A model generated the notes under the pieces. It searched no databases. It had not been told where the DNA came from and was given only the letters and a program-made list of their open reading frames with translations. 64,000 nucleotides of DNA from the human T2T-CHM13v2.0 reference genome, Homo sapiens, in assembly GCF_009914755.1 (NCBI RefSeq), contig NC_060934.1; one strand, given 5' to 3'. Made by a program: the position numbers and the translations under genes. Below, piece by piece: positions 42,201 through 61,197 of this stretch. Numbering within the stretch: position 1 is the first letter of the stretch; each line of letters begins with the position of its first letter.

Positions 42201-43223
42201 AGAAAAGACAAATATATAGGTGACAAATAATATTTAGAGTGTAAGATGCTTTTTAAAGGTATATTTGCAATTTGTGTCAAAACATTTAAATATACATTTG
42301 TTATTTTAACTATAAAATTTCAAATAATTTAAGCCAAATACATAGTATATGCAGAAAATTTAGCAATATATCTATGTAGCACCTTACTGTGCATTACTGT
42401 AACCAGCCGTCTAATATAAAGAATTAATTAAGGTAGCAGCTACTTTTCAAATAGCGCATTTTTTTCACAGACCTATTAAATAAGACAAATAACATTTAAA
42501 CTTTATTTTTAAATTTGCAGAATAGTAGTTTTCAGCAGATGGTTTATTTTAGCAAATTCCATCTTCACATTGTGCTATGCTTTTATGAGTTCCAGCTGTT
42601 AACGGATAATATTTTAGTGCTGAAACTATCATGTGTGATATAATTGCTCATTATGTGCCTTAAAACACAAGCAATATAATTATTTTCAACTTGGAGCAAA
42701 TTAAAATCTTATCAGCAATTTAAAAACTCTAGAGTCGTCTTCTTCTGGTTAATTATTTTAAACTTGTATTTTTCTCTTTATGTTTTTAGTGAGTTGTCTT
42801 ATCAAGGAGAAGAACTCAAGCTGATTATTCTTTTTTTTTCTCTTCCATCCACCTCGCAGGTGTGTTAATAATTTCATTTCTGAGAAAATGTTCTTTCATA
42901 TCCATCTTACAAGATGAGAGACCTTTTAACGTCTTTCATTCCGATGTGATACCAGTAATGGAAAATATTCCAGCTTCACGAATATGGTGATACAAATAGT
43001 TATCCATCTAACCTCTGTCAGTGCCAAATGTTTACTTTACTCAGTGAATTACTCAGTTGACTGGTAATTTCTTCTGAAATCACTAATGAGAGGGTCAGAG
43101 GTCTGGCTGTGGTCTGTACCTCATGTGACTCCCAGTGCAGACAATTGTTTCTATGGAGCACAGACAGTTGAAAGGATTGACTTCCTGCCTAGAATAGTTT
43201 CTGCTGTGCTCCTTATCTTTCTT

Positions 43224-45760
<2,537 letters not shown>

Positions 45761-46089
45761 TGAATTGCTTTTCTATCTTAAGAAAAAATGCAACAATTCT
45801 CCCACCTGAGAGGAATGTAAACTGTAGTAAGTTAGCAGAACCAATCCGTAAAATTTTTACATTGTTTGTTGCAAAATGCAGCGCTGGGGTCTCCTTCACT
45901 AACCTTTTCTATCCCTCATTGCTCTTTCTTTGACTGCAATAGGTTACCTCTGGGCAAATCTGTATTCCCGAGAAAGAATGCCCTTTTGGTGAGCTATAAG
46001 CACACTCAATGGTGGGCTGAAATACTAGCTTTTATCTATGGCGAAATGGAATCATATCAGTGATTTTTTTAAAAAGGAAATTTAACTCT

Positions 46090-46270
46090 TGCTATGGTTT
46101 GAATGCTTGCCCCTTCCAATCTCATGTTAAAATTTGATCCCCAATATTGCAGGTGGGGCTTACTGGGAGGTGTTTGGTCATGGGGTTGGACCTTCATGAA
46201 TGGATAATACCCTCCCTTAGGAATCTAAAGGTATCCTCCCTCCTCGGTGCCCTCAGGAATGGGTGTACCA
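46090..46270 (+). mobile_element. MST-type MaLR LTR 5' fragment
   Basis: TGCTATGGTTTGAATG..CTCATGTTAAAATTTGATCCCCAAT..GGGAGGTGTTTGG.TCATGGGG. Confidence 0.7.
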
Positions 46271-47703
46271 TTCTTTATTCACTTATAATTCCTCCACCCA
46301 TCCTTTTTGAGATATTAATTACATGTATGTTACACTGCTGCATATTGTCTGACGTATCAGTGAGTTTCTGGCTTTCTTATTTTAGTTTAACCTTTGTCCT
46401 TTAGTTTGTAAAGCTTCTATTTTTTTCTATAAATTTTCTGATGTTAGGGTAAAATCCATTACTTATTCTATCTCATGGAATTTTTATTTCAAATATTTAT
46501 TCTTCATCTATACATGTCACATTTTTCATTTTATAACTTCTATTTTTCTCCTATGTTCAATTTTCATTTAAGTACCTTGACATATATATGTATTCATCTA
46601 TATGTATTTATAAAATATATTTACTTTAAGGACCTTGAAATTTCCTTCTTCTCTGTCATTTATAAATGACTTATTTTTATCCTATTAATATATATCTTAA
46701 TTATATATATCTTACGGCTTCTTTGCATGTCAGAGTTTTTTTTTGGGTATTTTGGTGTTATGCTATTGAATATCTAGATTTTATTGGCTACCTTTGAACA
46801 ATGTTGTGGCAGACAGTTCAGTAACTTCAGGATGAGTATTTGTCTGTTGTTGTTTTAAATCTTCTCTTTAAACTTTGTCGAGTTAGTCTAGAGCCATCTG
46901 TAATTTGGAGCTAAATGAGCACTGTCTCTAGGGCATGAACCTCCAGTGGTCTTTACTGAATATCCTGGAGGTACAGAGGGGATTCCCTTCTCTGGCTGGT
47001 CAGAGCTAACGTGTCTTCCTGTCATGTGAAGCCAGGGAAGTGTTCTTCTTCCAACTCCCTGGTAGAGTCCTTTGCTGAGCTCCTTAGAATTTCATCCTAT
47101 GTACATTTGGCTTAGGGACTTGGGAGAATCCTTAGGCTGAATCTTGGTTCCTTTTTCTGTAAACGTTCTCTTCTATTACACATTCCAGCTGCTTAACCTT
47201 TTTTGATTTTTATCTGGTTCCTCAGTGCAATGACAATGTCTGCTCTCTCTGGGATTCCTCTCTACTGCTGTCACGGAGAATCTGGGAATAAAGCAGGACT
47301 CATTCTGGCTCCTTCTCTTCTCTTGCAGAGCACAGTCCTACGCTGCCTGATGTTCAGTACTTCAAAAAAATGTTTCATATATTTTCTCCAGTTTACTATT
47401 CTTTAAAAGAGTAACTCCAGTCCCAGTTACAGCATCATGTTCTGTAACTCTACTCCTTGTTGCTTCATTCTGCCATTGTCTGGTATGATCGCCCCTTTCC
47501 CTTCTGTAATCAGACCAAGAGCATAATATAACACTAGTTATAACTGCACAGCTTGCCTCCGTTGTTTAAAAAAATCACTGAGACTTAACTGTGTACAACT
47601 TTTAAAATGTGAATATAAGTACAACTAAAGCTATATTTTGGTTAATATTTGCATTGCATGCTTTTCCATTATTTACTTTCAACATATGTGAAATATGAAT
47701 ATA

Positions 47704-49343
47704 GCTCCCTCTCCCTCTCCCTCTTGTCTCCCCACGGTCTCCCTCTCCCTCTCCCTCTCCCCAAGGTCTCCCTCTCCCTCTCCCTCTCCCTCTCCCCACG
47801 TTCTCCCTCTGATGCTGAGCCAAAGCTGGACTGTACTGCTGCCATTTCGGCTCACTGCAACCTCCCTGCCTGATTCTCCTGCCTCAGCCTGCCGAGTGCC
47901 TGCGATTGCAGGCGTGCGCCGCCACTCCTGACTGGTTTTCGTATTTTTTTGGTGGAGACGGGGTTTCGCTGTGTTGGCCGGGCTGGTCTCCAGCTCCTAA
48001 CCGCGAGTGATCTGCCAGCCTCAGCCTCCCGAGGTGCCGGGATTGCAGACGGAGTCTCGTTCACTCAGTGCTCAATGGTGCCCAGGCTGGAGTGCAGTGG
48101 CGTGATCTCAGCTCGCTACAACCTCCACCTCCCAGCCCCCTGCCTTGGCCTCCAAAAGTGCCAAGATTGCAGCCTCTGCCCGGCTGCCACCCCGTCTGGG
48201 AAGTGAGGAGTGTCTCTGCCTGGCCGCCCATCGTCTGGGATGTGAGGAGACCCTCTGCCTGGCTGGCCAGTCTGGAAAGTGAGGAGCGTCTCTGCCCGGC
48301 TGCCATCCCTTCTAGGAAGTGAGGAGCACCTCTTCCCGGCCACCATCCCATCTAGGAAGTGAGGAGCTTCTGTGCCCGGCCGCCCATCGTCTGAGATGTG
48401 GGGAGCGCCTCTGCCCCGCCGCCCGGTCTGGGAGGTGAGGAGCGTCTCTGCCCAGCTGTCCCATCTGAGAATTGAGGAGACCCTCCGCCCGGCAGCCGCC
48501 CCGTCTGGGAAGTGAGGAGCATCTCCACCCGGCAGCCACCCCGTCCAGGAGGGAGGTGGGGGTCAGCCCCTGCCCGGCCAGCTGCCCCATCCGGGAGGGA
48601 GGTGGGGGGTCAGCCCCCCGCCCGGCCAGCCACCCTGTCCGGGAGGTGAGGGGCACCTCTGCCCAGCCGCCCCTACTGGGAAGTGAGGAGCCCCTCTGCC
48701 CGGCCACCACCCCGTCTGGGAGGTGTACCCAACAGCTCATTAAGAACGGGCCATGATGACAATGGCGGTTTTGTGGAATAGAAAAGGGGGAAAGGTGGGG
48801 AAAAGATTGAGAAATCGGATGGTTGCTGTGTCTGTGTAGAAAGAAGTAAACATGGGAGACTTTTCATTTTGTTCTGTACTAAGAAAAATTCTTCTGCCTT
48901 GGGATCCTGTTGATCTATGACCTTACCCCCAACCCTGTGCTCTCTGAAACATGTGCTGTGTCCACTCAGGGTTAAATGGATTAAGGGCGGTGCAAGATAT
49001 GCTTTGTTAAACAGATGCTTGAAGGCAGCATGCTCGTTAAGAGTCATCACCACTCCCTAATCTCAAGTACCCAGGGACACAAACACTGCAGAAGGCCTCA
49101 GGGTCCTCTGCCTAGGAAAACCAGAGACCTTTGTTCACTTGTTTATCTGCTGACCTTCCCTCCACTATTGTCCCATGACCCTGCCAAATCCCCCTCTGCG
49201 AGAAACACCCAAGAATGATCAATAAAAAAGTATAGCAATTTATAATGTTTGATTTATCATTAGCCTATTGGCGTGTAATAATACTTTGCATACTTTTAAA
49301 ATTCTGGGGTTGGATTAATAATAAAAGAGTAGAAACATTAAAA
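47704..49343 (+). mobile_element. Full-length SVA (B-D-like; body 47704-49229) plus 3' transduction (49230-49339)
   Basis: CCCTCT hexamers, Alu-like region, VNTR, and SINE-R ending AAGAATGATCAATAAAAAA. TSD AAATATGAATATA at 47691-47703 and 49344-49356. Confidence 0.95.
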
Positions 49344-50210
49344 AAATATGAATATAAATTATAAAAATTTTAAGAGAGTCCATTTAAAAAATCTGGTCTA
49401 GTTATGTTTTACCTGGTTTAATACAACGTGCATTCTTGAATTCAGGGTCTAATATAATGGCTACATTTGTCTATTTGCAAAAAAAAACTTGACAATATTT
49501 TAAAATTAATTTATCCAACTCGCAACTTATATGCTTCTGCCGTTGTATGGAAGATACATTTTAAACTTTATGAGATAGCATTCTGTTATACAGTTGATAT
49601 CTAATTAAATTTCTCTCTATGTTTATTTCTTTCATTAAAAAAATTGTTCTTCTAACTGCAAACTTTCATCAGGGATCATGGCTCTTCTACCTGAAGAATA
49701 ATCTTTAGTATTTCTTTTCCTGTGGGTCTTCTTGGGAGAAATTCTTTATTGTATCTTTGCTTTTGATGGATATGTCCACCAAGTAGACAGTTCTAGGTCA
49801 GCACATATTTTATTTCAGGACTTGAAAGATATCAATACCTCACTTGTTGGCTTTCGTTGTTTCATTTGAGAAATTTGTTATCAGTCAACTCTTTCTCTTT
49901 GTAGTTACCCCAATTTTTTTATCAAGTGCTCTTTACATTTTTCTTTTACTTTTCAGAAATTGTCCCATTATGTTTCTAGATGTGTCCTCTGTGTGTGTTT
50001 TCCTTTGCTTTCAAAAGCCTCCTGAACCTGTGGTTTAATATTATTGGTCAATTTTGATAAAACCTCTAACATTGCCACTTAAAATGCTGTTCAGACACGC
50101 TGTTTTCTCCTTCTTAGATTTCAACGTGTTAGATTATTACTCTATCCTTCATATTTTTTAAATGACCTTACTCTACAATTTCTTTTAGTTGGTTAATCTG
50201 TATTACTGTA

Positions 50211-56370
<6,160 letters not shown>

Positions 56371-56766
56371 TCATTTCATTATTTCATCATTTCATCATTT
56401 CACTTCATTTCATCATTTCATTTCATCATTTCATGCCATTTCTTCATTTCATCATTTCATCATTTCATTTCATTTCACCATTTCACCTCATCATTTCATT
56501 TCAGCATTTCATTTCATTTCTTCATTTCATTCCACCATTTCATTTCATTATTTCATCATTTCATCATTCCATTTCATCATTTCATTTAATCTCATCATTT
56601 CATTTCATCATTTCATTTCATTTCAGCGTTTCATCATTTCACCATTTCATTTCATCTCATCATTTCATTTCATCATTTTATCATTTCATTTCATTTCATT
56701 TCATCATTTCATCATTTCGTTTCATCATTTCATTTCATTTCATGTCATCATTTCATTTCATTTCAG
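56371..56766. repeat. (CATTT/CAT)n simple satellite-like tract
   Basis: About 400 bp of TTTCA interspersed with TCA. Confidence 0.93.
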
Positions 56767-57654
56767 TGATACATGTATTTAAGTGTTAATGTGATGCCCA
56801 GGAGACACACTATTTCCCTTTGTAAAACACCTCCTTCAACAAAAGTCAACCTCTCATGGCTGGCTAAGTCTACAGGGATACCAGCCTCTCTTCAACTACC
56901 CAATTTGATTCAGAACCTCAAACAGCACCGCAGTTTCATAAAAACCTAAAACATATACACAACACTTGGTTGTAAGTGAGCCAACAGTTTCTTGTCTCTT
57001 TCTCTGCTCAAGGCTTAAGGCCATGTCTCCCCAACTACGTTCAGTGGAAGAAAAGATCCCCTGGACAAATAAGTTTGAGAACTGTTGTTGCAGGACTTCT
57101 GAGAACCTTTAAAACACAAATCCTCATCTGCAGGGATCTTCAGGAGGGAGATGGCTGATGCAGCACAACTTTCTTTCACAGGAGCATCTTGCAGAATACA
57201 GTATGAGATACAGAAAGGCTGCATTGAGTCTTTTTAAGGGCCTGGGCCTTGGTGGAGGTGGGGTAGGAGCTCTCCAGATAGCATCTAATGAGTAGGAACA
57301 TTCAGGTTGCTTTTTATTTCCTTACTGGCAAAACTGTGTGTGCATCATGAATGAAGCCGGTCTCCCTTATCCATATCAAAACTAAACCCAAATTAATTGG
57401 CTGAATTGGGACTCAACACCTCCAGGAGCCATGCGGAAGAAAGCCCCACCACACTTTACAGTAGCTTACCTAATCATATTTGATGAAAGCAAAACGCTTA
57501 TGACCAGTGTGCTGCTAATACAAGTCAACAGATAATGCTGTAGGAAAAATTATTTTTCCCAATCATAGCTTCCATAGCCCACATTTTGCATTACACTTTC
57601 CCCCCTTTTTTAAAATTTTAAACACAGGTCCTTTTCTCTCCTTTTTTAAAATTT

Positions 57655-57785
57655 TAATTTAATTATACAAGACAGACTCTCAGTATGTTGCCCAGGCTGG
57701 TCTTCAATTCCTGAGATCAAGCGATACATCCGTCTCCGCCTTCCAAAGTGCTGAGATTACAGCCCTGAGACACTGTGCCCGGCCT
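57655..57785 (-). mobile_element. Alu monomer (FLAM-like)
   Basis: TATGTTGCCCAGGCTGGTCT..CCAAAGTGCTGAGATTACAG..CACTGTGCCCGGCC. Confidence 0.8.
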
Positions 57786-58149
57786 TAAACACAAATCTTA
57801 ATTCATTCTTACAATTATCCTGAGGTTAGAAAAATGGAAGGGGAAGAAAAATAGCAAGCAGGTAGGCTGACTTCGGCTTCATTATTTGGAAGGACAGTTT
57901 GCTCGGTTAAAACACACTACTGCCCACAAAGGCCAAGATAACAGAAAAATACAGACATATAAATAGATTTTATATGTGACAGCAGTTTGAATGGAGACTT
58001 TTTCAATGCAAATGACAAACAGCTGTGCTTGGGAATAAATGACAACGAATTTTTTTTATCTTAACAGCTGTCCTGAGAGCATGTCTCTACATCTCTACCT
58101 GCATTCTGGAGTCAGGGAGAAAGCCAAAACGGATGACAAGACACTAGAT

Positions 58150-58338
58150 CAGCCGTGTCCAACCCTTTGACTACAAGGACTTTTCCACCTATCTGTGGTT
58201 GTGGGTATCATGAAAATTATGCACAAACTTTTTTTTTTAAGCTCATCAGCTATCGTTAGCAGTAGTGTATTTTATGTGTGGCCCAGGAGCATTCTTCTTC
58301 CAATGTGGCCCTGAGAAGCCAAAAGACTGGACACCTGT
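58150..58338 (+). mobile_element. MER30 (hAT-Charlie) remnant
   Basis: AAGCTCATCAGCTATCGTTAG..GTGTATTTTATGTGTGGCCCA..GAAGCCAAAAGA.TGGACACC. Confidence 0.8.
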
Positions 58339-58460
58339 GCACTAGATCAAAAGGCTACTCCTTCTGGAAGCAATTGTAAAGAATTTCTGACATTATCTTG
58401 ACATGAAAACCAATGGATAGTGGGACAGAATGAAAAATCTTCAAGAATTTTTCTTGTTGG

Positions 58461-58720
58461 TTTTTTTTTTTTTGAGTCAAGGTGTTGCTCTGTGGCCCAG
58501 GCTGGAGTACACTGGCGAGATCACAGCTCAGTGCAGGCTCAAGTGCTCCTCCCGCCTCAGCCACAGTAGTAGCTAGGACTACAGATGCGCACAACCACTC
58601 CTGGCTAATATTTTATTTTTTGTAGAGATAGGGTCTCACTATATTGACCAGGTTGGTCTCAAACTCCTTGACTCAAGGGATCCAGGACAGGATAACAGGC
58701 ATGAGCCACCACACCTGGCT
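58461..58720 (-). mobile_element. AluJ-like element
   Basis: Poly(T), CCCAGGCTGGAGTACA, GCTCAAG..CTCCCGCCTCAGCC, ATGAGCCACCACACCTGGC. Confidence 0.82.
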
Positions 58721-59544
58721 ATGCGCATGAACTTTGAAGACAAATACAAGGCTCCACAAAAGTTAAGGTTTTCCCACCTAATTTCCAGGGAATCTTTTGG
58801 TGCAAGGATGAGAAACCCTTAAAAGTACGCAGACAACTCCAAAGATTCAAGAGAGTTCATTCGGGCTGAGCCAGCCCACTGGGCAGACTGACCTTCAAGC
58901 AAGGCCCACCCATGACATACACCAGATGGCTCTCCAAGAATCTCTCCACTTCTCAGGGTCCCTAAAGTACTGGACAGAGCTAGGAAAGCAAACCCATTTG
59001 CTTATTGCTGCACGAAACCCCTTGAGGTCAAGACCCCACAATCAGACAAGAATGGAGTGGCTCACCCTCAGTCAACAGGCCAGACTCAAGGTGGTATAAT
59101 GTCTTAACCAAGGGTGTGGGACTCCAGGTCTGAATCTCAACTCAGTTCTCCTTTGATAACCACAATTTGTTAATTTTCCTTAACAGGGGTTCCTGACAAG
59201 TCATTTCTCCCTCAGGCCTTCGGTTTCCTCACCTACAAGATGAGAAGGCTGCACCAGATGGAAATTCGGGGTGTAAGGGGACGTCCGCGCACAGCCCACC
59301 CCACCCACGGGCCCCTCGAGCCTCCATCAAAGTTCCCAACACGCACCCACCCCACAAATCCTGCCCAAGGTGAGGGCTGGTCCCAGGTCCTCCGGCTGCT
59401 GCATCAGCGAGTGCAGGAGGGAGGAGAAGCCTCCAAGGGAGAGACGCGGGCTCAAGCATGCAACTCGGCCGGGAGTGAACTGGGGCCCCGAGGGAGATGT
59501 CCAGTCTGGTGCTGGAGCCCAACCCTGGTCCCCGACCCCCTTAT

Positions 59545-59775
59545 CTCCACTGTCCGTATCTCCTGCTGGGTGAGGTCCTTGGACACAGTGCACTTGGTGC
59601 GCAGCCCGCGCAGGCTGCCAATGGAGATGCCGATGAGCTTCTGGAGCTGCCTGCAGGGCTGCAGCGCCCGGCTGGCCGCGGCCCCTGTGCCTCCCTCCGC
59701 GATAGCCGCGTCACCCCCGCCACCGCCCTCCTTCTTCTCTCCCATCGGGGCCTAGCGCAGCGCCCCTCTATGCAG
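59545..59775 (-). pseudogene. KSR1P1: Unprocessed KSR1 (kinase suppressor of Ras 1) exon-1 pseudogene fragment; flanking intron-1 and 5'UTR-derived sequence probably spans ~56770-59925
   Basis: The translation [67 protein letters not shown] matches the KSR1 N-terminus (..[56 protein letters not shown]). Similarity stops at GAG|ATAAGG, a donor-like site with GT>AT. The first ATG is replaced by CTG (59775) and there is an in-frame TAG at 59754-59752. The symbol KSR1P1 is from recall of a 10q11 copy. Confidence 0.88.
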
Positions 59776-59925
59776 GCTGCAGTGGCCCAGGAGCGGAGCC
59801 TGGGGCGCGGGTGTCTAGGCAAGGAACCCCCGAACCAGGAGAGCTAGATCAGGAGTGACCCTCGGAGCTGCCTTAGCCAGGACGCCAGTAGATCTGGAAG
59901 CCGAGTCTGACGATCCCGCCCTCAG

Positions 59926-61197
59926 ACCCGCGGCGGTGGGGGCAAAAACCCGCGACGGCGGGGTGAAAAAGCCTCAGCGGTAAAAACCTGCCGCAGCGGC
60001 AGTAAAAAGCCGCATGGGCAAGAAGCCATGGCGGCGGGGAAAAAGCCACGGTGATGGCAAAAAGCCGCGGCGGCGGGGGCAAAAAGCCGCAAAAAGCCGC
60101 GGCGGCGGGCGCAAAAAGCCGCAATGGTGGGGGCAAAAAGCCGGGGCGGTGGCGGAAAAAGCCGGGGCGATGGGGGCAAAAAGCCGTGGCGGCGGGGGCA
60201 AAAAGCTGCGGTGATGGGGGCAAAAAGCCGTAAAAAGCCACAGCGTCGGGGGCAAAAAGCCGCGGTGGCGGGTGTAAGAAGCCGCGGCGGCAAAAAGATG
60301 CGGCGGCCGGGACAGAAAGCCGCGGCGGCGGGGGCAAAAAGCAGGGGTGGCAAAAAGTCACGGCGGCGGCGGGGGAAAAAAGCCGCGGCAGGAAAAACCT
60401 GAGGCGGCGGGGGAAAAAAGCCGCTGCGGCGGGGACCAAAAGCCCCAAAAAGCCGCGGCATCGGGTGCCAAAAGCCGCAAAAAGCCACGGCGAAGGGGCT
60501 AAAAAGCCGCAAAAAGCCGCGGCAGAGGGGGCAAAAAGCAGCGGAGGCAAAAGGCCACGACGGCGGGGGCATGAAACCGCAAAAACCCTCGGCGGCAGGG
60601 GCAGAAAGCCGCAACGGCGGGGGCAAAAATCAACGGGGGCAGGTGCAAAAAGCCGTGGCGGCAGGGGCAAAAAGCAACGGGGGCGGGGGCAGAAAGCCGC
60701 GGCGAGGGGGGCAAGAAGCCGCGGCGGCAAAAACCCATGGCGGCGGGGGCAAAGAGCGGCTGAGGTGATAAAAAGCTGCGGCGGCGGGGGCAGGAAGCCG
60801 CGTAGGGGGCAAGGAGCCGCGGCGGAGGGGGCAAAAAGCAGCAAAAAGCCCAGGCGTAGGGGCAAGAAGCCGTGGCAGGAAAAACCTGCGGCGGCGGGGG
60901 GAAAAAGCCGCAGCGGCGGGGGCGAAAAGCTGTAAAATGCCGCGGTGGCGGGGGCCAAAAGCCGCGGCGGCAAAAAGCCACAAAAAGCCGGGGCGGCGGG
61001 GCAAGAAGCCGCAGCGGGAGAAACCTGCGGCGGCGGGGGCAAAAAGCCGTAAAAAGCTGCGGTGCTGGGGGCCAAAAGCCATAAAAAGCCGCGGTGGAAA
61101 AAGTCGCGGTGGCGGAGGAAAAAAGCCGCAAAAACCGCGGCAGCGAGGGCAAAAAGCCGTGGCTTCCGGAGCAAAAAGCCGTGGCGGCGGGGGCAAA
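59926..61197 (+). repeat. GC-rich pericentromeric repeat array 2 (CpG-island-like)
   Basis: Same AAAAAGCCGCGGCGGCGGGGGC motif as array 1; about 1.27 kb. Confidence 0.92.

Noticed and set aside
47602-49218. ORFs in the SVA
   Set aside because: Known non-coding SVA Alu-like, VNTR and SINE-R sequence.
59229-59847. Functional KSR1 gene or processed pseudogene
   Set aside because: Only exon 1 is present, the start codon and splice donor are mutated, and similarity stops at the exon boundary with no downstream exons or poly(A). It is a genomic duplication fragment.
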